A stretch of DNA of 63,586 bases, the filler included, from Lenisia limosa (Eukaryota > Protista > Breviatea): NCBI GenBank assembly GCA_001655205.1. It is 11 parts of 11 records of this genome, joined end to end, with 100 filler letters (N's around TTAATTAATTAA, not from the genome) between each part and the next. Parts side by side here need not be neighbours in the genome. Positions count along the whole stretch, not along the records: positions 32,040 to 46,139 come from LPNZ01011623.1; positions 46,240 to 56,215 come from LPNZ01002715.1; 9 more parts are not named here. One strand, given 5' to 3'. Made by a program: the position numbers and the translations under genes. The notes under the pieces are model-generated. The model searched no databases. It saw nothing but the letters and a program-made list of their open reading frames with translations, and was not told where the DNA came from. Positions 38,001 through 49,600 of the stretch are shown in pieces (the stretch's first letter is position 1; every line of letters starts with the position of its first letter).

Positions 38001-40774
38001 GGTCCCGGTAACACAAGTAGCTCCACTTGACAGAGTGTTGTCCACTGCAGTCACACTTTCCGCCTTCCAAACCGTCTCGGCACTTCCGCTTGCCGACATA
38101 ATCTACAAGGGAATAAGCTGGGATGGTGGGACTAGGGTTTCACTTCGGTTCAAAAAAATCCAGTAAAATATCGATAGTTTTCGAGGATTTATCGTGAATT
38201 TCAGTTTTTTTCGAACAGTGAAGCCCTGAGTGGGACCGCCTCTCACATAGTTGGATTCGGCCACGTGCGAGAGCCCAAAATTATGGCCCATCTAGGGTGT
38301 GAGGACAGCAAACATGGCGATTTGTGGTGATAAGACATTAAGAGTCACCTCATGAGCGACAGTTGAACCAGCTGAGGCCGCAGAGCTCCCACTACGGTAC
38401 TGGTTCACACTGCACGACAGGGTCTTGCTACCATGTTAGTGGAACTGAGGGGCAAGATGATGTATATAGGGACATAGTTTATGATGGAACAAATGGCTCA
38501 CGTGGATTGGTCTGTGCACATGGTGTCCACCCAAGCTAAAATGTTAGTCATTCAGAAAACCTATTCTATCCTGGAACAGTGTACAAAGAGATGGATAGGC
38601 AACCTAAGCCGATGGTGCTCGAGCCGACGCAAACAGAATCCTCCACTGCACAGAAATCTCGTCCCCTGCAAAGTTAGTAAAACAGGAACAATCATCCACC
38701 CACGAGAGAAGGACGCTGTTGTCGTAGGTCTTCAGGTTGGCAGTCACAAGGATGGCTGAAAAGCTACAAATGGATAAGCAACTGGGATGAACGCATATTG
38801 AGTGAAACGAATATCACTAGAGCCCACTCGTTAAGGAGGTCGTTGCAACTATCTTCTTCACCATACGCGTCAACGGTGTATGGGTCTTCGTCTTGTATGT
38901 TAGAATTGCCAACCTTCAAAAATATGGGTAAATAGACCGATATAATTGTTTCATTTCACCGATGATTTCATTACTTATTTCGCCTACAGATGAAAGTTGC
39001 CATTTTGGATATGACAAGGTGAACAGTGTACGATGCAGCTGTTCTTCCCTAGAGTCTGAGAAGCCAAAAGCATCTTTCTGTCCTACCAACTATAATAGAC
39101 TAGCAAGCATGACTAGCTCTTACCTCATAAAGAGTGTTTGCTATATTCAAAGCATCTGTTGCAGTAGTGTGGGTATTGTCGCCAAATTCTGTATTGTGAG
39201 ATGCGAATGTAAAAGATTCTTTGGTGTTTTGAAAGCCTCACAAGGGCCTACGTTGGAACCTGCTAAAGTCATTGTAAACTTCAACCTCAACATAGCGATC
39301 GGTTGCTCGACGGTCACGACTGTCGACTGGCTCTGAACGGGTCACTGACCTTCCATGACCAACCATGTGGGATGATTTCGGAAGGCTCAGCTCGGAAGTG
39401 TTCAATGGTGTCGTGGTCCAAGGGGCACTGAAAGATAAACATTTTGTAAGATGCATACCCCATGTTCGGGCATTGCCGTGTCATCACTTCGAACCACCAC
39501 GTAGTCTTGAGCGTCCCTGCCATCTCTCTATATGGTCAGAAACTGGTGGCACAAATAAGGTGACAAAACCCTTGCCAACTTTCACGATTTCATCAGTAAC
39601 GCCATCGTGGTCGGCGAGATGGAGCGGCATAACGGCCAGATTCCGTCCCGGTAGTTGGAGCATTCCGTTAAGACCGTGGCAAAGTGAAACTGCGGCGATT
39701 CCATTGTTGGACTGTTGCATCAAATCCGATCTCCCAATATGTAAACCTGTTACAAAGTTCTTCAATAATCACCAATCTGAATGTAGATTTATTCAGTCCC
39801 CATACCCCAGAGACACGCCCCTTGTAGTAGCAGTTCTGTAGAGGCTCCGAGGGGCTCATTTCAATAACATCGCCATCCTCAGTGAAGGAGAGGTACGTTT
39901 CGCTGAAGTCAGCAGCAAAGAGCTTCGTGGGTTACAAACACTCAGTTTACTGATACAGATTTGCAACCATTCAAAAAAGTAAAATAGTGAAGATTTTAAA
40001 AATGCAATTTATGAAGCACTATTTGAATAAAGGTTAGAAGCTCAGCTTAACATACGTTGTCATTTCTTTCTAAGTCAAGCACAAAGTCCTAAACTTTTAG
40101 AAAAAGCAAACTCCATGTCCAATAAACGAACATAAGTGGCAGCAGTCGGTCCTCATAATTAGAATACACGAGACAGCATTCATAAAAGACGCAACAACAG
40201 AGCCACGTTGTGGGAGGAATAAATCGGATTTCAAAAGAATTTAAATTACTACGCTATCGCCCTTCATCCCACCTCTCCGAGGGCTGAAAAGGACAATCCA
40301 AGTTCTGAAACAGCGTAATCGCCAGCATCGCGGGCCTGCCGTCCCTGGTGATGGAAAGCAATGNNNNNNNNNNNNNNNNNNNNNNNNNNNNNNNNNNNNN
40401 NNNNNNNNNNNNNNNNNNNNNNNNNNNNNNNNNNNNNNNNNNNNNNNNNNNNNNNNNNNNNNNNNNNNNNNNNNNNNNNNNNNNNNNNNNNNNNNNNNNN
40501 NNNNNNNNNNNNNNNNNNNNNNNNNNNATACTACACAGTATAACAAATGTTATAAAACAAATATGATTCAAATCATTACTGAGTTGGGAAGATGGGAGTG
40601 GATGGATTCTGATGCTCACTCGCGAGATCTTAACGACATCGAATGTTACACCAAGGTCTTCTCGCCTCAGGACACTAGGACTGCATAGGGACACTTTAGA
40701 GGGTGAGAAAGATCATCGGAAGGCCTCTACTCACAGAATGTGAAGCTGACTATAAGGGCCAGCAAGGCCACCAT
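32040..40774 (-). CDS. Secreted reprolysin (M12B) metalloprotease: signal peptide, prodomain, catalytic domain, disintegrin, Cys-rich region, 6 TSP1 repeats, CCP-like modules, IPT/TIG-like domain; 3' truncated
   Basis: Signal peptide [14 protein letters not shown] (ATG 40774). Prodomain CYYKGRVSG and [13 protein letters not shown]. Furin-like [17 protein letters not shown]. Zn motif TVAHE|MGHNFGLSH (57-nt intron 38292-38348). Met-turn IMSAS. Disintegrin CGDGIVDE|..[51 protein letters not shown]1 repeats such as [27 protein letters not shown]-like [17 protein letters not shown]. Confidence 0.92.
34087..34174. mobile_element. MITE family A copy in an intron of the protease gene
   Basis: GGGCTTCACTTCGGTTCGAAAG...CCAAAGTGAAGCCC|ta. 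Confidence 0.8.
36201..36310 (-). repeat. Family B copy ending at the acceptor of a TSP1 exon
   Basis: CTGGACTTTGTTTGTTTTGTTGTTCTCAACCCTCGTGTGTTAACAGAGATTATTTTGGGCTTTTTTTGTTTCATAAATTTTCCAATTTTGACTCCCCAG|GCTGACGAT (ADD...). Confidence 0.85.
36675..36780 (-). repeat. Family B copy forming an entire 106-nt intron (diverged)
   Basis: ATCACCTG|GTCAGCAAACGGGATTGGCTTTGTTTTGTTCAAGCC...AGAGTCGATAGTTTGG...TTCATAAATT...CCCCAG|GACC splits the W codon of TSP1 repeat 1. Confidence 0.6.
38135..38226. mobile_element. MITE family A copy in the intron between the Zn-motif and Met-turn exons
   Basis: ta|GGGTTTCACTTCGGTTCAAAAAA...TTTTCGAACAGTGAAGCCC. Confidence 0.8.
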
Positions 40775-41159
40775 CTTTAGCTTTCGTGCTCTAACCTGCG
40801 TAAATGGATTATTGAACTGATGTACTAGTTTGTCAAGGCAGCTAACTCCAATTTAAAACAAGACTTCAGTTTTCAGTTAGTTTTTCACAAGGTTTTTGGT
40901 TTTTTTCAGTTTTGAGGGTTTTTTTTTATACCCCCCCCCCCTCCCAAAAAAAAANNNNNNNNNNNNNNNNNNNNNNNNNNNNNNNNNNNNNNNNNNNNNN
41001 NNNNNNNNNNNNNNNNNNNNNNNNNNNNNNNNNNNNNNNNNNNNNNNNNNNNNNNNNNNNNNNNNNNNNNNNNNNNNNNNNNNNNNNNNNNNNNNNNNNN
41101 NNNNNNNNNNNNNNNNNNNNNNNNNNNNNNNNNNNNNNNNNNNNNNNNNNNNNNNNNNN

Positions 41160-42442
41160 GTCGTTGAACAATTCGTTGACATGATCGCACACCTGAATCG
41201 TGAGAATACTAATACGTATTGCGGACCATATAAGCGCTGCAATATCTGAATATAGTATAGTGTATATCATATGTCTTGGAAGTAGTTAAACTTCCTTGAC
41301 CCACATCAATAAGGTTCTTGAGTCCAGTGCTGAAGGCCTTGGCGGAGTTGGTGGCGGCTACATTGAAATTATGCTATATCCAATTCAATATCACATCAGA
41401 ATTAACCAGAAGGTTAAATTCGCTTCCTTTTACTTTGGCCCTTGAAGCCATAGAAGTTAGAAATGCGCAGAGCTATTCGGTAGGATGAAGTACATATACA
41501 ACGAAAGAAAAAAGAAATCAATGTGTGAAATGAAAGGGGAAAAGTCTTGCAACGCAAACAACACCAATTTAGATGTAGCAATTAATAAAATTCAAGGGTG
41601 AGAATTGAGTTTCGCTTCAGACCAAAAAATCCATGGAAAATATAAACATCGAGGGTTTATCGAAATATCTTTTATTGAATCAAAATGAACTACCTGGTGG
41701 AGTAGATGAAGGATAGAGATTTCTTGTCACTTACAATCACAAAAATGTTAGCACAACTCCATTACAAGAAAACTAAGCCAAGAAGAAAAGATACGCCAAT
41801 GAAATACCCCGCATACAACTGGTCTGTACACGGATATTGAGAATATTCTCGTAGGGATGGGGGACGGAGTATCCGCTGAACTCCACATTGGGGCTAAAGG
41901 ATCAGGCTCTTCTTACACTGCCAATAAGCTCATCAAATTAATTTCTCAACCCTCCCCCCTCCTTTTTTCCAACATTGTCTACAGGACAAACAATAGAATC
42001 CACAAAAACAACAAAAAAGATGGGGGGGGGGGGTNNNNNNNNNNNNNNNNNNNNNNNNNNNNNNNNNNNNNNNNNNNNNNNNNNNNNNNNNNNNNNNNNN
42101 NNNNNNNNNNNNNNNNNNNNNNNNNNNNNNNNNNNNNNNNNNNNNNNNNNNNNNNNNNNNNNNNNNNNNNNNNNNNNNNNNNNNNNNNNNNNNNNNNNNN
42201 NNNNNNNNNNNNNNNNNNNNNNNNNNNNNNNNNNNNTCTTCATCAGTAAGGACAAAAGTGGAGCAACACTCGTCTATGCTATTCTATATGTATATTAAAA
42301 TGTTAAAAAAAGGAAGAGGAAGAAGAGAACGAAGAGTTTTAGGACTTACCACTCGAAGGGTCACGTTGTGGAGTGCGTTTGCGGTTCCAACGTGAGGATC
42401 AACCTTACAGGACTTATCTTCGTTGCTATTGAAGTCGGTCAT
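41160..42442 (-). CDS. POLR1D: RNA polymerase I/III shared subunit AC19 (RPAC2); stop codon lies in a gap
   Basis: MTDFNSNED...LRV|NSIDECCSTFVLTDED(gap)...SPNVEFSGYSVPHPYENILNIRVQT|...AKAFSTGLKNLID|VCDHVNELFND matches the RPB11/AC19 family (TFVLxEEDHTLGN, VEFCGYxxxHP). Confidence 0.85.
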
Positions 42443-42668
42443 ACTGAAAAAGGGCTTGTTTGAAAACAATAAAACATTTTTGGGGATGGTCATCAAAAGT
42501 AATCAAATTTAATGGAGACCCACAACAGACAAACAAACCCCAGACACCAAACTTGCAACTATTAAACTATTAATTAATTACCTAACTAAAGTATTAAAAA
42601 GGAAAACAACCCCCGTATAACCATATACTTCACCACATTTGCACTATTTCCCCGGATCTTGGTATCCA

Positions 42669-45600
42669 ATGAAGGTATATGGCGTGTTTGGTACTATTTT
42701 AGCTCTTTTTGTTGGATTATTAAGTGTGGCAGTGGAGTCTACACCAGCAACGTAAGCGGGTCGGCAATTCTCTCTCTAAATATCATTATGATAAGATGTG
42801 CCTACAGTGCCTGGGAAGGCACCTCTCAGAAATAACCAAATAGTGTTGATACAGAAGGCCTTATTCAGCTTCTGTTGTCAGAAGCAACTGACCCACGAAA
42901 CGCAGTCTTGAAGGTGGGTTTTAGCTTTAGTGCTCCTGAAACTGAGATTTCACGTTTTAGGCAGAATTTGACTTGCTGAAAAATAGTATGTTGGTCCCTA
43001 GGAGTTATATTAATATAAAATTTGTTTTATTGCTTTGATAAGCAATGTCTGCTGTGACAATGTTTCGATCTTTATATGTAATTGATGTTTTATGCTTGAT
43101 TTACAGCTGTGTTTGACTGCGTAACACCATAGCGGTGGCCTGCTTAGATGCACCCGTTGCTCTTGGAGGACTTGGAGTCACTGTGACTTCTCGCACGAAA
43201 TTTGAGGACCGTACTGAAGCCGACATTGCTGTCAGTGGAAGTTGTGCTGCCGGTTATGAGCTTGTTATACCTTCGTCACGAATGACGTGTACAGCGACTC
43301 ATGGCTGGGTGGATGCCCCATATTGTGCCATCAGTATGGGGGGACTTTTTCTTGTTGATATCAAATTTTGTTTGAAACTTATTACTTTAGAAACATGTGA
43401 AAATTCTTTTGATTTTGGAGCGGAGTCTTCAAACTGCACGGCTGGTTTGTGGTTTGATTGAAAGGATCCGCGTTAATGTGATTCAGAAAATAATATATGT
43501 TATGATATAATACATGTATATTGCAATGTGGACAATATTAACAAAGGCTAACACTTCCAGGACAAACATCTGACTATGGATCTTTGTGTAGCCTCCAGTG
43601 TACGGGAATTTCAGTCGGAGATCCCATCGCATTTTGTGGAGACGCTGGTTGGGAGACCAATTTCAGATGTGGTGAGTAGTACTTGCCTCTTCTACTTATT
43701 TTTTCAACATGATTATGCGTCTTAACTTGCCTGAGACACCATGCTGAGCGAAATAACTAAAAACTCTGAAATATTCTTGTTAGTAGATAGATATCATATC
43801 ATATGATAATATAATATGTACATATGATATATTATAGCTATGTGTTGTATGATGATGTATTTTCAAGCGCCAATGTGACCATTTAGAGAGCTCAGTTATG
43901 ACCTGTGGAATATACAATTCAGGAAACCTTGGAGATGTGGGAAGGGGGTGGGGTGTCGATCAAACTTTCATTAATCTCCAAAATCCACCGTTAAACCAAA
44001 GAAAACCAAAGAGTTCATCTAGAATGAATAATCATATCAAAATTACCAATATCACATGAAAAAGGACTCAAAGAATAATATGGTATCGTCAATGATTTAG
44101 TGTTAGAGATGCGAAGAATCACCTTTGTAGCCTTCAGTAGTCAGCAATAAGGTCAACGGTGCAACCTTAGACCTGGCTTCAGTCTTTGGGACCAACGTCC
44201 TAATGGTTGAATCTGGATATACCCATTTCTGCGCTATTAACTCGGGTTAGTTGACCTGTTTGGACTCTAACACTAACTTTTTTTTAGCCAAAGACCTCAT
44301 CTGTGTTGGGAGCAATAACAATTATCAAATTGCAGACTCTGGAACAAGTAAGTTGCCGCCTTGTTTGTTTGAAGAAGGTATTACCGCTTGATAACTAACT
44401 ACTTATTATTCAGGTTCAGTTGCGACCACACCTTTCGTGTCGTCAGCCTTTGTGAGCTTACCCATTGATGACTTCCAAGGCGGGGACTACCATTACGCTG
44501 TGCTCTGTATGTGTCTTTTTATTTCTTGCTTTGTAATGGCAAGGGATGTGACATGTGAAATATACAGTAATAACAGTTCGAAGACATCTGCATCATCAAG
44601 GACTATTGATAAAATAGTAGTACTAGATGATATGTATTCTCAGGGCTCCTTGCAATGACATAATGTCACTTATGGCAAGTAAACTGAAAATAGTTGCACA
44701 ATATTTTGGCGATTTTATGTCATATGACTTCATCTAAAAATTAATATATCGTATTTAAGTTAATCTTCTTGGGGTGAGAAACTTAAAAACAGTATTATTT
44801 TAAATTTCAAGTCATAATACCTTCAGCTGCTGGCTCGATCTATATTTGGGGAAGAGGCGCAAATGGTCAGCAGCTTTCTGGCTCCATTAGCAAGGTCAAT
44901 ACGCCAACTCTTGTGGGTACTTGCACTTTGTCAGATTTGATGACTTCTTTGGCTTTATCAGCCCGTCATAACTGACATTATAGAGGGCTGTTGGTGGCAC
45001 TATTGTCAAGATGTACCTCCATGACTACACGACCATTGTTGAACTAGGTAGTCGCGCTGTCTTTTGTCAGGGAACTCCTCACATATTCTGTTGTAACGCC
45101 GGTAGATGACGGCACTTTTGTTGGTGGCGGTCATAATTCATATGCCTCACTGGGCCAGCCAACTGCAGCGCCAGACCACAAGCGCACCTTAGATGTTTCC
45201 TTTTCTGGGGTTGGTGGTGATCAAGCTATCCTTTCTGGGGTTGGTGGTGATCAAGCTATCATTTTCTGGGGTTGGTGGTGATCAAGCTTTGCTCAATTAC
45301 TGGTGTGATACACTTAAGGAAATAGATGGTCAACGGAATGTATAAAGGGCCTACAACAGACTAATACTTTTAGACTGGAAAGATAATTCATTATGAGGCA
45401 GGGCACGATGGAGGTGTACTCGTGACTGGTACGCGGTTTGTTTAGTGAATATCGGAGGCTTAGACAGCTTATCAAACTATGGGGATGGTTTTATAAGCTT
45501 TATTGCGATATTCAAGATGTCTGGTGAGGTAGCTAGGACTGTTTACTTTTCATTTGTAATAATCTACATCTAGACGAAGGAGAAGCATATGCGCAAACTG

Positions 45601-46139
45601 CCTCCACGCCGTATCAATTTTGCCTTAGTGCAGCCACCCCTTCTTGGGAAAAAGTTGTTGGGTTATTCCCTGCTGTTCATTTTGAATTTTTGGAGCAATA
45701 GACAGAATCCGTAGAAGCTTGACTATTTAGACTGCTGGTGGTATTCAAGGTACCATTGTAATGGTGAAATGCAGAAAACGTGCTTGTGCTTTTGAAACAA
45801 GTGGGAGGGGGGGGGGGNNNNNNNNNNNNNNNNNNNNNNNNNNNNNNNNNNNNNNNNNNNNNNNNNNNNNNNNNNNNNNNNNNNNNNNNNNNNNNNNNNN
45901 NNNNNNNNNNNNNNNNNNNNNNNNNNNNNNNNNNNNNNACCATTGGAGGAGTTGATGAAGTCGAATCTGTCACACCAGTATGGAGATGCTGTTGATTTTG
46001 TATTCTTGGCTATTTTGGAAGTTCACTGGATGTTTCTGCACTCTTTTGCTTATGTTTAGATCGACATTACAGCAGCCTTAAACGACGGTTGTTCAACAGG
46101 ACAGAAACGCAACAAAATAGTGGCGCAGTACAGTGGTCT
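42669..46139 (+). CDS. Secreted protein with CCP/sushi-like modules followed by RCC1/BLIP-II-like repeats; 3' truncated
   Basis: Signal-like MKVYGVFGTILALFVGLLSVAVEST. CCP-like SCAAGYELVIPSSRMTCTATHGWVDAPYC and CTGISVGDPIAFCGDAGWETNFRC. RCC1-like VESGYTHFCAI, LICVGSNNNYQIA, FQGGDYHYAVL, GSIYIWGRGANGQQ and DGTFVGGGHNSYASLG. Confidence 0.65.
45201..45288 (+). repeat. Tandem repeat, 3 x ~30 bp
   Basis: TTTCTGGGGTTGGTGGTGATCAAGCTATC x2 plus a third copy offset by one extra base. Confidence 0.95.
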
Positions 46140-46239
46140 NNNNNNNNNNNNNNNNNNNNNNNNNNNNNNNNNNNNNNNNNNNNTTAATTAATTAANNNNN
46201 NNNNNNNNNNNNNNNNNNNNNNNNNNNNNNNNNNNNNNN
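46140..46239. other. Artificial contig-joining spacer
   Basis: N44-TTAATTAATTAA-N44. Confidence 0.97.
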
Positions 46240-46636
46240 CTGGCTCAGCTTACGCTTGCTGCTCCTACTCGCTGATTTTATTTGATCCCCCACATAAATA
46301 AGAGGCAAAACAGACAGTAAGAGAAAGAGAGAAGGTCCGCCAAATTCACTTAAATATGTATTTAACCTGGGGATGTATGTTACCCAGATTTGCTTTTTCC
46401 AAATAAGTTTTTGATGATGCCTGCCCAGATGATGCCTTTTGAATCCTCCTACTGCTACTTAGTTATTAAATTTAAAGAGAAATAAATATACATTAGTTTG
46501 GAAATGTGTTGACCTATCCCCGTCTTGACCACTCCGATCGCAGCTTGAGCTTTACAGGAAGCAGTCTACTCCTCCAAAAATAAAAGTGATACACACCACT
46601 ATAAATACTGAGAGCAGCCTACAGCTACCCTGTAGT

Positions 46637-49600
46637 ATGGCGGCGAAGCTCGTCATTTCACAGGTCTGATCTTCTATCCCTCTCGTCAGTTACATTTATT
46701 CGTTGCACTTTGCTGAAGCAGCCTTCTCTTACATTTATGACTTTCTTTCAGGAATCCGACGATGATTTTGCTGAGATAGTAGAGAGCCCCCGGACAAAGC
46801 CCGTTTCTGCACGTCCCACACCCAAGAGGAAACGTGAGAATCTTGTACTTTTACAATATGGGTTTCAATCCTTCCTTAAATGATGGAAGGATCGTGCTCG
46901 TATCCTATGTCTATTAAATCCATTCTAGCGCTTAAGCCGCCGCGAAGCATGAACCCTCCACTTAACAAGGAGGCTGAGGCGAGAAGAAAGCCGTTGTCGT
47001 CTTCTTCGGCTTCGTGGGAGGGGGTCTTTGACTTGCACAACAAACCACTTAGTGAGTAACATCCGACAGGTCACGTGCATCGGCCAAGTTGCCACGTAGT
47101 ACAGCGCGACCTACGGTGCGAACCCCCCAGATGCGGCCGCCTGCCATCAACAAGCCGTCACACAGTCTTCAGAGGATCGGAAGGAGCACAGCTAACCCGA
47201 ATGCGCCGCGGGACTTGGGTAACAACAGAGTTGATATGAACTCTCAGGTCAGGATAAGCCGCCCTGAAATACTGAGCTGACCATGCAGGTTTCGCTGGTG
47301 AGCACTCGAGTCATGGCGCCGCATCTGCCGAAAAGACGCACCACTGAGCGACCCCTTCCGACTCCAAGTATTGCAAGGTGTGTATATGCCCATAAAGTAA
47401 TAGAAAAAACTAATATTTGTTTGAATAAGACAAAGGAAATAAAATCAATAACACGACCATATGACAATTATATTTGTATTTTTGACTGCCGCCATTTCTC
47501 AGTCCATATCTCCTTCTGACATCTGCAGCACAAGACGGAGCCCTACACCAGAGAGTCCGGAGCCGGAGCCGCGTCGAGAGGTCATGTTCATTGCGGAGCC
47601 GCCAGAAGCCACGTTCTCACAGGGTGGGCGGAGAGGGATCGATTGTAATCTCTTGGTCTTTTGTATGTGGGGGGAGCAGCCTATATAATATGTTGATACA
47701 TTTGGTAAAAGGCATTCAATAATGGTTCAGTGGTCGGCGCTCTTTCACCTCAGAAGTTAAAGGCACATCAAACTGAAGTTTTCGTTGCAGAACATGCGTC
47801 CTTTAATTCGTCTGTATGTGTGGTTCTATCTCTCCATTCAGTCATAACTCCTCTCTATACATTCATACATATATACAAAAACAGAGCATATAGTATTATG
47901 TGATATGATATATAGTAACCAACTCACTCGTGTGCTAACGCATAGGAGTTAGTGACGTATGCTGAGCCGACAGTCCGAATATTACCACCAAAACACTCAG
48001 TTCTTTCCTGGGCTCAGGACAAACCAAGGGAGGAGGTGAGCGGAATAGAGGACAACACCCATTTTGAGGGACTAGCCTCACACCACAGGAATCACCGGGT
48101 TGGAAGCGAAAGGAAAGTGAGTCACCCAAAGAAGCCCCAAGCGCTCCACCTTCAAAAAACGTTGGTGCTTCTGTCTTGTTTGTTGTCTCACCCCTCAGAA
48201 CTTGAAAAAGGTTCTCGGAAATCTCAAAAAGCGACGACCATTCCAACCCCGTAAGCATCATCTAATCTGATTTGTTAACCCCGTAAGTTTTATCTAATCT
48301 GATTTGTTAACCCCGTAGCATCATCTAATCTGATTTGTTAACCCCGTAAGCATTATCTAATCTGATTTGTTAACACGCGTAGAAAGCTATTATTAACACG
48401 CATAGAAAGATATCATATGATGTTGGCATCCATCTATCGCTCACTAATTCCTTTGATGGCACTCACCCTACATAGAAGATGATATTGAGGACATATCCCT
48501 GATGCTGGTGTCGCCCATGAAGCCGCAGACTCTCGCGACTGCCAACTTCCCTCCTGACTCCTCGCCACTTTCTGAGTCAATTTCGCCCGAGTTGGCCAAA
48601 TTCAGACTGGTCACGTCTGACAGTGAACTCATATCTCCCGAACCTGCTCTGACCCGCTCTCAACATGTTGGCTTGCGAAATATATATCAACATGGTGTTT
48701 AGCATTTCGAATTAGCAGTGTAATTGTCATTTTAGCTTATCATAATCCTGAGACAGCCCTTTTCCTCGTAACACTCAGAACACCGTTGACCGCACTGTCA
48801 CCACGGGAGCACAGAGGCGGTCTGAAGAATCAAAAGAATCGAGTTTCAACTTGGAACTTTCGGTAGAGGCAAGCTGCTCAAAGTCGCCATCGAAGCCAAA
48901 TGCCGAGCCTTATGCAAGTCAAAGCCTAAACAAAGTGTACGCTCAATAAAAAAGAACAACCACAGTTCTCACCACGTTAGGTTTGCAAGTCACCCCACGA
49001 CACAGCCGTCAGACGCAAGCCCTGTCACATCCGAGACCCCCTCACCCATGCCGCCAGCCAAGGTATTGATGACGTCATCGTGCGTCGTCTAACATTCCAG
49101 AACCTCCCTCTCCCCAACATCGTTTCTCAACCTAGGAAAGCTACGGAACCGGAAAAGGAGATTCTCTTCAACAGTCCCCCAGGTATTTCATATTATCACA
49201 ATCAGTTTGGCTCTTACGGTTTTAGGCATGCAGAGAGTGCGTGAAAGCAACCCTCCCGTTTGTGCACCATCTCAGTTCAAACCGTCCAGCCAATTTGCTG
49301 CCAAATTGGATAATTCTCAAAGGTCCGTCCCCCTCAGCATTATTTTGTACCAGCTCGGCAAACAGGAATATCGTGTGACGTTTTAGGCATGGAGGATCAA
49401 GTCTTCAGGCTAATGTGTTGAGAACCTTCAACGGACATCGTAATGGCCAAATCAATCCGGTTTGTCATCTGGCAGTTGCGCAGTGTTTCTCACTAAGTTG
49501 TCAGGTCCCCATTGAGGCAACAACTCAAGTCACAACAAACACTATTGTTGATAACAGGTTTGCTTTTTCTATTTCCCGCGCTTTATCAAGTACCATTTGA

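Noticed and set aside
32040-40774. Calling the protease a bona fide ADAMTS or ADAM orthologue
   Set aside because: The domain order fits neither family: no ADAMTS spacer or PLAC domain was seen, and no TM segment follows the Cys-rich region.
48245-48373. CRISPR array
   Set aside because: The 32-bp units are head-to-tail with no unique spacers, there are no cas genes, and the context is a eukaryotic intron.
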